In this document: piece after piece, positions 12,801 to 25,640 of the stretch
How positions within the stretch are numbered: the first letter of the stretch is position 1
Layout of the letters: every line of letters starts with the position of its first letter
Assembly: GCF_035084215.1 (NCBI RefSeq)
Contig: NC_090355.1
Coordinates: 27,094,001-27,158,000, forward strand
Reading direction: 5' to 3'
DNA from: Heptranchias perlo
Taxonomy: Eukaryota
DNA: 64,000 bases
The notes under the pieces: model-generated
The model's input: only the letters and a program-made list of their open reading frames with translations
The model's database searches: none
Told to the model about the DNA's origin: nothing
Translations under genes and position numbers: made by a program

Positions 12801-15180
12801 CAGGCGTAGATCTTTTTAGTCCCTAATCAGTCCCACCCTCCTCTTACTATCCATTTATAGTTTACATGCCTATAGAAGACTTTTGGATTCCCTTTTATGT
12901 TGGCTGCCAGTCTATTCTCATACTCTCTTTGCCCCTCATTTCCTTTTTCAATGCCCCTCTGTACGTTCTATATTCAGCCTGGTTCTCACTTGTATTATCA
13001 ACCTGACGTCTGTCATATGCCCCTTTTTTCTGCTTCATCTTACTCTCTATCTCTTTTGTCATCCAGGGAGCACTGGCTTTAGTTGCCCTACCTTTCTGCC
13101 TCGTGGGAATGTATCTAGATGTACCCAAACTATCTGCTCTTTAAAGGCCTTCCAATGTTCGATTACAGATTAGCCTGCCAATTTTTGATTCCAATTTACC
13201 TGGGCCAGATCCGTTCTCATCCCACTAAAATTGGCCCTCCTCCAATTGAGTATTTTTACTTTAGAGTGGACCTTGTCCTTTTCCATAGCTAATCTAAACC
13301 TTATGATACTATGATCGCTGTTCCCTAAATGTTCCCCACTGACACTTGCTCCACTTAACCCACTTCATTCCCCAAAACTAGATCCAGCAATGCCTCCTTC
13401 ATTGGGCTAGAAACATACTATCCCAGTCTATATTAGGATAGTTGAAGTCCCCCATTATCACTACTCTATAGTTCTTGCACCTCTGTAATTTCCCTGCAAA
13501 TGTGCTCCTCTATATACTTCCCACTAGTTGGTGGCCTATAGAATACACCCAGTAGTGTAATGGCACCTCTATTGTTTCTTAACTCTAACCAAATAGATTC
13601 TGTCCTTGACCCCTCCAGGACATCCTCTCACTCCAGCACTGCAATATTCTCCTTAATCAATACTGCCATCCTCCCTCCTTTCTTTCCTACCTTCCCTATC
13701 TTTCTTGAACATCTCGTATCCAGGAATATTTATGACCCAATCCTGCCCTTTTTTGAGCCAGGTCTCCATTATTGCCATATCATCACATTCCCATGTGGCT
13801 AATTGCATTTGCAGCTCACCAGCCTTGTTTACTAAGTTTCGTGCGTTTACACACATGCACTGTAAACCCATCTTAGACCTTCTTGTATTCTCTCTTAATC
13901 TGATCCAACCTAATACCGTACCATTTCTTACTCTAGTGCTATCTGTCTCTCCCAATCCTTTGTGCACCTTGTTTCTCCTTTTCAATACAACATCCTGGTG
14001 CCCATCCCCCTGCCAGATTAGTTTAAACCCTCCCCCACAGCGCTACTGAACCTCCCTGCAAGACCATTGGTCCCAGCTCTGTTGAGGTTCAACCCATCCA
14101 GACTGTACAGGTCCCACTTACCCCAGAACTGGTCCCAATGCCCCAGGAATCTAAAGCCCTCCCTCCTGCACCAACTCTCCAGCTACGCATTCATCTACTC
14201 TATCCTATTTCTACACTCACTAGCATGTGGCATCGGGAGTAATCTGGAGATTACTATCTTTTGAGGTCCTGCTTATTAATCACTTTTCTAACTCCCTAAA
14301 ATCTTCTTGCAGGACCTCATCCCTCTTTCTATGTCATTGGTACCGATATGGACCACGACCTCTGGCTGTTCTCTCTCCCCCTCCAGAATGTTCTGCAGCC
14401 GCTCAGTGACATCCTAGACAGGGAGGAAACATACCATCCTGGACTCACGTCTGTGGCTGCAGAAACGCCTGTCTGTTCCCCTAACTATTGAATCCCCTAT
14501 CACTATTGCTCTCCTGACCTTTCTCCTCCCTGCCCCCCCACCCCCTCCCCATACTGCTGAGCCACCCATGGTGTTCTGGCTGCACTCCACAGAGGAACCC
14601 TCTCTCTCACCAGCATTCAGAACTGAATTCCGGTTAGATGGTGAGATGCACTCAGGAGACTCCTGCACTACCTGCCTGGTCCTCCTTGTCTGCCTGGCGG
14701 TCACCCAGCCCCCACTCTGCCTGCACTCTCTTAGGCTGCGGAGTGACCACCTCCTGAAACGTGCTATCCACGAAACTCTCAGCCTCGCGGATAAACTGAA
14801 GTGAAGCCAGCTGCTGCTCAGGCTCCGAAATCCGGAGCTCAGGCTCCTCCAGCTGGCGACACTTCCTGCACATGTGGTTGTCCAGGACACAGGAGGCATC
14901 CTGGAGTTCCCACATGGCACAGGCCGTGCATTCGATGGCTCTGAGCTGCTCTTCCATGCCTCTGTTTATTAGATTACTAACTAAACTTAACAGAAATAAA
15001 CTAAAGATTTAAAAGAAAACACTCACCAATCAACCACTCACCAATCGGCTCCATCCCTTGTGCTGATGTCACTTTAGATTTTTCTCCTCGCTCCCTGGGC
15101 CTTGCTTTTTACCTGCTCCGATGCTCCGCCCCCAGTCCCTCCCAGGTCCGCGCTCGGTCTGTACTCTGGGCTCCCAAGTA
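9831..15180 (-). mobile_element. Near full-length degenerate CR1 LINE (5'UTR, ORF1, ORF2 endonuclease and RT, 3'UTR)
   Basis: ORF1 zinc finger CTACAMWE..HMCRKC and esterase IVIGDSIVRG (14414-14957); endonuclease NARNL..ETWL (13653-13985); RT GPDGIHP/NYRPVSLTS (12222-12788); catagaat tail at 9831. Multiple frameshifts. Confidence 0.92.
10147..11447 (-). mobile_element. Young 5'-truncated CR1 nested in the older CR1 (open RT ORF 10225-11445)
   Basis: 406-aa ORF with QHGF, DFSKAFD, PQGSVLGP, FADD and WNELP; near-identical 3' end at 35276-35570. Confidence 0.92.
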
Positions 15181-15804
15181 ATTTATCTAGCAAATTGAAG
15201 AACACCTTGCACCAATTGTGTTAGAAAGTCCTTTGGTCCCTGTTTTTCTGAGAAGAGGGAGAAAAAAAGAGATGAACAGGGGTGCAGGAAAAGAGTCCCC
15301 ACAGCACTTTGTAACCAAAAGCCTATCAGGCTTTTAAACAGATCTGTGAAAGCTTTAGACTGACTCCAAGTCAGAAATGCTGGAGGATACTTAGCAGCTA
15401 TCTTGTTTAAATTGAGCAAAACAACCCATTGATATGGGGTAGCAGAGTGTTCATTAATTATGCATTGTTGAGACCAAGGGCACTTTCAGGTCGAACAAGA
15501 CAGGCAAGGAGACCGATAGGAGGGGGCAAATGGGGATGGCAACAGAGCAGGAGGGAAGGAGTAAGGGGAGGGAGATATGAGAGGGAGGAAGAGACGGGGA
15601 GTGAAGGAGAAAGGGAAAGAGGAGCATGGGAGAAAAGGTACAGACAACGGGATGAAATTGTGATCAGCAGGGAGGGGGCGGAGGGTAGGGGTGGGGGGGG
15701 GCAGGTTTCTTCTAGGCCTGGTTTTCTATTCTTTAAGTTTTCCTGCTTTTAGTGCCCCTTTGCCTATGTATTCTTTGTGAAGACAAGTTATATATGTTAA
15801 GGTA

Positions 15805-16480
15805 TGGTGTATGATAGTGTAATGGTTATGTTACTGGATGAGTAATCCAGCAGCCTGAATTTATATTCCAGTGAATGGGAATTCAAATCCCACCATGGTA
15901 GTTTGAGAATTTGAATTCAGTTTAATTTTTTTTTAAATCTAGAAATAAAAAGCTAGCATCAGTAAAAATGACCATGAAGCCATCGGATTGTCGTAAAAAC
16001 CAAACTGGTTCACTAATCTCTTTTATAAGAAAGAAAGAACTTGCATTTATATAGTAACCTCAGGACATCCCAAAGCACTGTACAGACAAAGAAGTACTTT
16101 TGAAGTGAGTCACTGTTATAATGTAGGAAATGCGGCAGCCAATTTGCACACAAGGTCCCACAAACAGCAATGTGATAATGGCCCGATAATGTTTGTGATG
16201 TTGGTTGAAGGATAAATATTGACCAGGACGTTGGGAGAACTCCCCTGCTCGTCTTCAAAAAGCATCTTGGGATCTTTGTGTCCATCTGAGAGGGCGAACG
16301 GGGCCTCAGTGTTTTGTCCTCAGAAAGACGGTACCTCCGACCGTGCAGCACTCTTTCAGTATTGCACTGAGTGCGTTGGCCTAGAATTTGTGCGAGGGAA
16401 CCTGCCGTCCTTACCATGTCCGGCTGATATGTGACACCAGTTCTACACCAACATGATTGATTCTTAACTACCCTCTGAAG
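15805..16480 (+). mobile_element. tRNA-derived SINE (third family), split by a Deu-SINE
   Basis: Head gtgtaatggttatgttactgga...ttcaaatcccaccatgg; body ggttcactaat..|..ctgccgtccttacc...tcttaactaccctctgaa. A head fragment also lies on the - strand at ~17482-17550. Confidence 0.65.
16028..16394 (-). mobile_element. Deu-domain SINE
   Basis: aagaaagaacttgcatttatatag tail and body colinear with 1601-2690. Confidence 0.85.
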
Positions 16481-17124
16481 TTTCTGTGGAAAATGGTCAA
16501 AAAATCCTGAAATATGACATTTATTGAATTGACTGGTGCAGAAATCTTCAATGCTATATCTCTGTTTCCTATAGACAGGTCTTCAAATCAGTGGGAGCAA
16601 TAAGACTACTTTTCAGTAACGTGCTCTTATTCTAGAGCCTGGAGCTTCAAGTCCCAGGCAGGGATGCAGCAAGGTTTTTTTTTCATTAGTAATGGTAGTG
16701 TTTGCCAGGTTTGAAGCTCATCACCCAACCTATTAAATACTGTGGTGCTGTAGACACTGTGTTTTTAGCCAAATGAAAATTATCATTGGCATGAGTAGCC
16801 TGGCAAGTGGCCAGGGTGCTCTCTGCTGATGCTGCATAGATGCTCGATTCTGCCGGTGTTCTGCACTGAGTTTTGTCAGTTTTTTATGGCCCTCACAATA
16901 GGAATGCTCTCAGCATCAGAAAGAGGAAGGTGAGTGATGTGACATTACTATTTTGTTGGGCTACTAAAACGTCTTGTTTAGCTGATTCCTGAAAAGTAAT
17001 TGGCTGCTCTCCTGAAGAGGTCTGCGGCATGGGCACAGTTATGATTCGTGGAGATGAAGGGGCAGATAGTAATCGAGAATACTGGGTAGTAAACTTAAAA
17101 AAAATCCTTGCCAATTGTCTCCCT

Positions 17125-17470
17125 TTCCCTCCTTGTTGGGGTACAGTTCCAGAGCACCAGATGCCCTCTGTTACCTTGCGCAAGTGACCATTATAAATGT
17201 GTGAACAGGCAATTTGACTGTGGTGATATCATAACTGAGCCTGATCCTGTCCTCAGCCCAGCTAAATAAACATAGATTTAGGGGTGGAATCCTGGACAAT
17301 TTTTCACTCCCTATCCCAGGGATCCTGAAGCCAATTGTACCACTCTTATACCCTTTTTTGGCTAAAATCAGCTTGACTTTGCACAGACCAGGGCATGAGC
17401 CTGGGCCTTACTTGTTTGGCTGGCTCAGATAGTCACTGGATAAACTCGCTGAACCATTAGAGCAGCCAGC
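17125..17470 (-). mobile_element. Family X SINE
   Basis: caagtgacca..., gatcctgtcctca, gccaattgta, gcacagaccaggg motifs. Confidence 0.65.
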
Positions 17471-17559
17471 AAATGGTAAATTTACCATGGTGGGATTTGA
17501 ACTCGTGTTTTGTGGATTATTAATCCAGTATCACAACAACTACACTACCATACCTGTGC

Positions 17560-17790
17560 AATAGAATGTGGAATTTGCTACCACATGGAGTGATTGAGGT
17601 GAATAGCATGGATGCATTCAAGGGGAAGCTAGATAAATACGAGGGAAAAAGGAATAGAAGGATATGTTGATAGTTAGATGAAGTAAGGTGGGAGGAGGTT
17701 CATGTGAGGCATAAACACCGGCATAGATCTGTTGGGCTGAATGGCCTGTTTGTGCTGTAAAATCCTGTAAAATGTAATGTAATTCTATGT
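17560..17790 (+). mobile_element. CR1 3' end fragment
   Basis: agaatgtggaatttgctaccac...gggctgaatggcctgtt and tail. Confidence 0.8.
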
Positions 17791-18239
17791 AAGATGTGGT
17801 CATATGGCAGGGTTTGTGACTAATAGCACTTGTATATTATAAAAGCACACCTAGGAGAAGAGCATTCAAATGAAGTCCTACTGAATCCATGCACCGTGAT
17901 CTCCTGTTCGGTTTTCCTCCTGCTGCTGTTCCAAATCAAGCCCAAAGACACTCAAATTCCAGTATTAAATGGGACAGAGTCAGCCTCTACATTTTTAACT
18001 GTAAAAAGAGACTCAATAACAGCTTGTGAGACCCTTGAAAAAGAGTGAGATGCAGCAGCTCAAATGGGGGAAAAAGAAGGAGCTGCAGTAGGTCAAAGGG
18101 GAGGGAAGAGAACAATTGGCGTTGCCGTGTCAGTGAGATATAGACATGGTTCTTATGAGAAACTCTCAATATTATAAACCGGTGAAAAAACAATGGTAGA
18201 TGACCAGCATACTGTTCATTTCCTCTCCTTCCACTTTAT

Positions 18240-18612
18240 TTCCCTTTTCTTCCCCATCTTTTCTGAAATTGCTTATTCTGCTGGGGCACAGTTCCATGGT
18301 CACCGGCATCCCTCCAGTACCTCGCCCAAGTGGCCGTTCTTCAAGTGTGAGCCCAGGCAATGAGTGTCGGTGGTCTGTTTGACCATGAAGAACATCACAG
18401 CAAAGTCCAATCATGTGATGACATGCACTTTCTAGCAGGTGGGACTCAATAGCGAGCAGGAGCGCTGATCAATTTTTCTTCTCTTCTCTCTATCCCAGTG
18501 AACTGAGGCCAATTGTAGCCCCATAACTGTTGGCCAAGTTGAGATCAATTAATTCAGCACAGACTGACCATCAAATCTGGGACCTTCTGGTCTGCATGGC
18601 GTTCCGTGAGCT
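18240..18612 (-). mobile_element. Family X SINE
   Basis: ccctccagtacctcgcccaagtggccgttcttcaagtgtgagcc...gcacagactga motifs. Confidence 0.7.
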
Positions 18613-18650
18613 GACAAGTATGCTGTGAAAGGCATTAATGCACAAAGATT

Positions 18651-20350
18651 ATAAGAACATAAGAAATAAGAGCAGGAGTAGGCCATACGGCCCTTCGAGC
18701 CAGCTTCGCTATTCAATAAGATCATGGCTGATCTTCTACCTCAACTCCACTTTTCCACCCTATCCCCATATCTCTTGATCCCTGTAGTGTCCAAATCTCC
18801 ACCGATCTCAGTCTTGAATGTACTCAGCGACTGAGCATCCACAGCCCTCTGGAGTAGAGAATTCCAAAGATTCATAACCCTTTGAGTGAAGACATTTTTC
18901 CTCATCTCGGTCCTAAATTGTCATCCCTTTATCGTAAAACTATGACCTCTAGCTCTAGACACTTCAGCCAGGGGAAACAGCCTCTCAGCATCCACCCTTT
19001 TTTTGTATTCGTTCATGGGATGTGGGGGTCGCTGGAATCACAGAAAGTTAACTTGCAGGTGCAGCAAGCAATTAGGAAGGCAAATGGTATGTTCGCCTTT
19101 ATTGCAAGGGAGTTGGAGTATAAGAGTAAGGAGGTTTTTCTGCAATTATATAGGGTTCTGGTGTACAGTTTTGGTCTCCTTACCTAAGGAAGGAGACCTT
19201 ACCTTGAGAAGGTGGCGGTGAGCCGCCGCCGCCTTGAACCGCTGCAGTCCGTGTGGTGAAGGCTCTCCCACAGTGCTGTTAGGTAGGGAGTTCCAAGATT
19301 TTGACCCAGCGATGATGAAGGAACGGTGATATATTTCCAAGTCAGGATGGTGTGTGACTTGGAGGGGAAAGTGCAGGTGGTGGTGTTCCCATGTGCCTGC
19401 TGCCCTTGTCCTTCTAGGTGATAGAGGTCGCGGTTTTGGGAGGTGCTGTCGAAGAAGCCTTGGTGAGTTGCTGCAGTGCATCCTGTGGATGGTGCACACT
19501 GCAGCCACAGTGCGCCGGTAATGAATGGAGTGAACTTACTCCTTACTCTTATACTCCAACTCCCTTGCAATAAAGGTGAACATACCACTTGCCTTCCTAA
19601 TTGCATGCTGCACTTGCATGTTAACTTTCTGTGATTCCCAGCAATTACTAGTCGCTCACATTTTTAAAAATATTCTGCTTTTCTATTCTTCCTACCAAAG
19701 TGGATAATTTCACATTTCCCCACATTATACTCCATCTGCTACCTTCTTGCCCGCTCACTTAACCTGTCTATATCCCTCTGCAACCTCTTTGCATCCTCTT
19801 CACAGCTTACTTTCCCACCTAGCTTTTGTATCGCCAGCAAACCTGGATACATTACACTTGGTCCTCTCATCCAAGTCATTGGTATAGATTGTAAACAGCT
19901 GAAGCCCAAACACTGATCCTTGCAGCACCCTACTAGTTAAATCTGCCAACCCGAAAATGACCCATTTATTCCTACTCTCTGTTTTCTGTCCGTTAACCAA
20001 TCCTCAATCCACGCTAATATATTACCCCAATCCCAAGAGCCCTAATCTGGTGTAGCAACCTCTTGTGTGGCACCTTATCGAATGACTTTTGAAAATTCTA
20101 TTTATCTCAGCCTTTATCTCATTTCGAATAGACAGATTTCTGGACTCTAGGGGAATAAGTGATATGGGGTCGGGCAAGAAAGTGGAGTTGAGGTCAAAGA
20201 TCAGCCATGATCGGATTGAACGCCGGATCAGGCTGGAGGGGCCATGTGGCCTACCACTGCTCCTATTTTTTATGTTCTTATCCGAATATACTACATCCAC
20301 TGGTTCCCCTTTATCTATCCTGCCCGTTACACCTTCAAAAAACTCTAATA
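18651..20350 (-). mobile_element. Rearranged CR1 with a nested LINE fragment (18997-19533, family of 7570-9460), an inverted CR1 segment (19034-19194) and a nested + strand CR1 3' end (~20093-20280)
   Basis: ataagaacataag tail at 18651; RT fragments (ORF 19800-20000); ORF 19146-19508 matches the C-terminus of ORF 7507-9396. Confidence 0.85.
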
Positions 20351-21949
20351 GGGCCTGATGACAGCCACAGGGCTGCGGAGAGTCAGTTCAATAGCTTAGA
20401 CCAGTACCGTGCTTACCGGTATCCAAGTTAAAAGAGCAACAGTATAAAAGCAGCTTAGAGCTTCCATGTGCAGGAAAGCCCAGGAAGATTTGACTGCTGA
20501 CATTCCACAGCTTCATTTCTCGTCATTGAAAGGATCACAACAAAGCAGCCGTTGCCCCAAGTAATTATCATGCACAAATGTTTTAATGCATAGTATGGCA
20601 AATATGAACCATCCTCTGGAGCCAAGCTGTAAATCAGTTAAAAGAATGGAACATTTGAATTTCTGCGGCATTGATGAACAGAAGGGACTCTGTCAGTTTA
20701 AATTACTAATGCTCTAATGAGCTACGTGGCTTCTGTTTTTTTATGAAATAATTAGATATTGATTTTAATCATTTTGTTTGTCAGAGTGAATTGAAGTGTT
20801 ACTTCACCAAATTGAAAATTAACAATAATGACTGGCATTAGTGAAGCAGCTTTCCAGATCCTTAGCACCTGTAAATAAGGAGCTGAATCGACCCCTCCCT
20901 CCTCTATGGTAAATGTAATTTCACAATTATCTTAAAAATGCAGTCTCCTGCGACTAAAATTGTAATAAATATCCAGTTGAGTGGCACTCAACACCACGAG
21001 TTAATCTTTTGTTGAGATTAACATCAAAATTCAGCTTCATATCAGTCATACGGCAGACCTAATTACACTACAGCACGATTTACAATGCCATTCAAAACGT
21101 TCTATTTTATCAAAACACTACTTTCTATGTCTATGTTGCACACCAACTTTTATTTTCACCCGATAAACCGAAATGGATTTTGCCTGCAAACATTTGTAAC
21201 CTGATGGGATTTGATCTTTTTGGACTTGAACTTACCAACTGCTTCAAATCTGCTTATCATTCTACACCGAAAGCAAAGGATTCCGAGAAAATCTATAAGT
21301 GGAATAGCTTTAGTATAGAAATGCACCTTTATGGATTTATAGCTTTCTCTGGTTGTTTTTGTGTGTTGTATTTAAGTAATGTTACATAACTGTATTACTG
21401 TTGGTTTTCTTGCATCCTGAGCAGCCTGGTAGTTATTGACAGCCCCTATGAAAGGACAGCGCATTCCATAGAGCTGCTGTAGTACTCACTGCAAAGTTAC
21501 TGACTTCATTCAAAGTGATTTATTTTTAACTTTAGGTAAGTGAATTGCTGGATGGAGCTCTGTATGACTATTATCCTAAAGTATTTCTTAAAAAGACACA
21601 GTATTGTGTTTTATAAAATATTTATATCATAAAAAATGATTCTAAAAGTGCATCTATATATAGCTCCTAGTAATAACCACAGTTTTCACACTTTTACTTT
21701 GTGGAGAGACTGGGAGTATGGACACCTCAGCTGTTGGTCTGATGCTCACAGCCCCCCCTGCTGCTCACACTTAAATAACTTGCCTATTGACTGGTTTCTA
21801 AAGCTGCAATGTTGGGCACTCCTTCAGAAATTACTCATTAAAAATTTCATTTACCATGTTCTGCAAATTAAAAATCACTAAATTGTAAGAATGTATTTGA
21901 AGACTATAATAGGACTGACCAAAAGCAAGCTTGAAAATATAATTTCAGC

Positions 21950-22315
21950 CTGTGGGTTAGTCATTTGAGCCACAACAAACCAGGAAAGCCCCAAGTTCAA
22001 TCCCCAATCTGTGCTGAGGTACCTAATCTCAGCCAGAAGAGTGACAGAGCCTTAATGTCTCTGGGTTAGAGAGGAGAAAAGAGTTCCAGCACCTGATTGC
22101 CATCCAGTGACCACTCCTGGAAATAGCCGTGTGTGAACGTTGGATGAAGGCGGGATTGGGCTCAATTGTTATACCCCTCGTGCTTGAATAGCCAGCCAGG
22201 ACTCGCCATCAAAACTCTCTCAGGACCATACGGCCACTTAATAGAGTTACTGGAGGACAGCCATGCCCATAGAAGCATATCCCGGCATGGTATCAATGCT
22301 TTGGGAGGGGAACAA
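21950..22315 (+). mobile_element. Family X SINE
   Basis: ccaggaaagccccaagttcaatcccc.atctgtgctgag (B-box), atccagtgaccactcctggaaa, ggccactt motifs. Confidence 0.7.
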
Positions 22316-22599
22316 ACTAACAAGATTAAAAACTTCAACAGTCAAAACTTGATGTGAGTTTTGAATAAAGGTGGCATGCAGGAGGATGGATTAATGTGGA
22401 TGTTCACCCTGGGACTGCGTCACTCCAATCCTCCTACCACCATGGGTAGGTCTCACTTCCTTGCAACTGATATGTTTCGTAGCTCTTTAGCTTTGCAACA
22501 GTTAGACAGTGAGGTTTGATTCTCTGGTTATTGCATTCACAGAAATTTTTGCCTGATTTGCTGCCCTTTAGTATATTTTTGTCTTGTTTGCTGCCAGCT

Positions 22600-23128
22600 T
22601 GCCTCCGCTAGTAGCACCTTTACTTCTAAGTTAGTCATTATAGATTCAAGCCCCACCCCAGCATTTGAGCCCATAGAAAGAATACATTTGCATTTATATA
22701 ATTTAATTCATATTTGCATATAATCTAGGCTGACTTCAGTGTAATACTGGAGTGCTGCACTGTTGGAGGTACGATTAAGGAAACATAGAAATTTATTGCA
22801 CAGAAAGAGACCATCCAGTATTGCATCTGTGCCGGATCTTTACTAGAGCAGTCTAAAACCTGTCATTAAACTGAGGCTCTGTACCCCTGTTAAAGATCCC
22901 ATTGCTCTATTCAAAAATCAGGGAGTCCTCCCAAGGTCTGAGCAACATTCTTCTCTCAACCAAAAATAGAGTCATCCCTCACTGTTTGTGGGATTCTGCT
23001 GTGTGAAAAATGATTGATGCATTTGCCTACGTAACAACAGACCGCACTTCAAAAAGGTAAATTTATTGTGTGTGAAGCACTATAGGACATTTTGAGAGAC
23101 GTGATGCACTTAAATGCAAATTCTTTCT
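22600..23128 (+). mobile_element. Degenerate Deu-domain SINE
   Basis: gtgctgcactgttggaggt, taaagatccca, ctgtttgtgggattctgctgtg, taaatgcaaattctttc tail. Confidence 0.75.
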
Positions 23129-23794
23129 GGTGTTCACGCTACTGCACTGCCTTTTCTTTCTACTCTTTAGATGCAGTGATGGACTTAATGGCCTCCTATT
23201 TTAAATCCTCTTAATTAACAGGGGCACGGCAGAGCTGAGAACTGTCTCAGAGACTTTATGTAACTTGCACAAGTAAAACACATTGTCCTGTAAATATTTT
23301 TGCAGAAACACTTTAGGCTACTGGAGGTGTTGAGAAGTGGCAAAGACTACTGTTTAGTGGGAGGTGTTCTGACGTACATGACTGATGTGTACGATGTAAC
23401 GTGTTAATTTTGTATAGAAAGGTGCTACATTTTGTTACTTTACTCAAATTTGCTGATTAGCCTAGAGTATGCGTAGATACTGTTCCACCAGTCTGGTGAA
23501 AAGAGTTTAGTGCAAGACAAGTGAATTCAGTAGAATATAAGTGAGGAATAAAAAATCCACAAAGATAAAATTGGGTTCTCAATACTGTCATATATAATTT
23601 TTGAACTAATGCCCAGTTTATGCTTTTTATATAAAATTACCACCAGCACACTTTAAACCAAAAGATTACATTTTGAAAATCTTTTGGGGGCATAGATTTG
23701 TCTTGCATTTCTGTTTTTGTTAAAGACACTATATAAATGTGGGTTATTTCCACATCTTGGAAATATAATACTTTTTTTTGAAAACTGCATTCTG

Positions 23795-24345
23795 CAATCA
23801 GCCCCATTTCAAGCAACCTTATTTCGGGTTCAATCCTTGTGCTATTTCTAGAACTGCAAAAGATCAGCAACAGTTGATTTTAAACTTGGGGCATAAAATG
23901 GGCACACGTATACCAATTTCTGGACATAAGGCCCTGCGCCAGATCTGTGCCAGCGGCATGGTTGTCACCATATTGGTCCTTGCTGCTTTTAGGCGGCAAG
24001 GGACCGCTGGAGGCCACTGAAGAAATGGTAGGGAAAGTAGTTTTTTTTTATTATTTCCCCTCCTGTGGGGCAGGAAGGAGCAGGAGTGCCCCTCGGCACC
24101 CCTGCATCTTCCTCCACCCCCCCAGAACTTACCTGAGAGCTGTTATCCGCAAGGCAGCAAGCACAAATTCCATCTCCAACGTCGTGCAAGCTGTATCTGG
24201 AGGCATGACAGGTGCCTGCAGCTCGCCTCTACGGTGGTATTAAAGTGAGGCCAAGGCCCAATTTTGAGTGAGCCTCTGGCTTCTGGTGCATGCTTGCAGC
24301 ATGTTGCCTATTTTGGGCTTGAAAATGGGCCGAAACCAATTTCTA
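23795..24345. mobile_element. MITE-like DNA element related to 4661-5271
   Basis: Subterminal inverted motif cagccccatttcaagc / gcttgaaaatgggccg; shared ggagcaggagtg core; GC-rich. Confidence 0.45.
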
Positions 24346-24539
24346 TCTGGGTCACTGTCTGGGATTACCTGATCTCAGTGGTGAAAAAACCCACTGTTTA
24401 CACGGATTGGGCTTGTAATTCCTGATTTATGCTTTCATTTAAAATAGAGTAGATTTTTTAAAAAGTCAGAACAGCTATTAATAAGCTATTGTGCATGGTT
24501 CATTAGTATTTGTTTGAATGTCTTGCTTTTGTGTTGTTT

Positions 24540-24970
24540 CCCCATCTCTCCTGAGTAAGCTATCTCTTGCAGCCCACGGGTACCTTGTACAAGTGGCTAT
24601 TCTTAACGTGAACATAGTGGTTGTCAGGCTATTTGTCCGTGGTGTCGGGAGGACGGGAGAAGAGATTTCATGACTGTGCCAGATCTTCTCCTCAGCCAGC
24701 ATCCGCACTTTAGTCATCAGATAGAGATCAGGGAAGGAATCTAGATAGATTTCCCCACTCTCCTTCCAACTCCCCAAGCCAGGGATTCTTAGGCCATTGT
24801 AAAGGAAAGGAGAAAACTTGCACTTGTATAGTGCCTTTCGTGACCTCAGGAGATCCCGAAGTGCTTTACACAGCCAATTTTTGAAGTGTAGTCACTGTTG
24901 TAATGTAGCACATCTACTGCAACCCTAGCACAGACCAGGAATCAAAAATGGAACCAATATGGCTCTTGTA
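24540..24970 (-). mobile_element. Family X SINE with a nested Deu-SINE 3' fragment (~24801-24910)
   Basis: caagtggctattctt..., then aaaacttgcacttgtatagtgcc, then gcacagaccaggaatc. Confidence 0.6.
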
Positions 24971-25344
24971 CTCCAGCAAAAGAATGCTACAGAGACAGAG
25001 TTATACCAGCATCAATAGCACACATGAAACCACTCCATAATCGTTAAAGAACAGTTTTACTTTTGCTGGGGTGTATAGGTAAGAAGTGCCTCCAATAGCA
25101 TGAAAATCTCTCAATCTGTGAAGGGGGAGAGAGGTCCTGTAATGGGATCATGGGAACGGCTTGGACAGACAATTATAACAAACACCAAGCAGTAATGTGA
25201 GTTTACACAAATAACAAATTCGGAGAAATAACTAATGAAGATTTAAAGAAATGAAAGATAAATCAATAAAATATGAGCAAGACATTCAAACAAATATTAA
25301 TGAACTGTTCTGACTCTTTTTAAAAATCTACTCAATTTAAAAGG

Positions 25345-25640
25345 AAAGAAGTGGGTGCAGAAGAGATTCACAGAGATAAGACTATGAACTTAGTTTTGAG
25401 CAGAAACTGGACTCTTCATTACTGCATAGAAGGTTAAGATGAGAGCTGATAAAGATGTTCAAAATTATGTGGAGTTTTGATAAGATAAATGGGGAAGTGG
25501 GTAAACATTGAATAAGAAAGAAATTAAAAAGATGTGAGGAAAAAGCAGAGAATTGGGACAGAATGGATAGCTTTTTCAGAGCCAGCATAGGTGCGATAGC
25601 CCAAATGTTCTTCTGTGCTGTAAAATTCTATGATTCTACT
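25345..25640 (+). mobile_element. Degenerate CR1 3' fragment
   Basis: gtgcagaagagattcac...tgtgctgtaaaattctatgattcta tail. Confidence 0.7.

Noticed and set aside
15372-15705. Purine-rich stretch with 107-aa ORF, possibly a PLE remnant
   Set aside because: The ORF is low-complexity, and the PLE-like motifs are too short and decayed to support a call.
20355-20385. CTGATGA followed by hairpin cagcc-acag-ggctg, resembling a hammerhead or snoRNA C box
   Set aside because: No GAAA follows the stem (cggagag), and there is no terminal stem with a properly placed D box.
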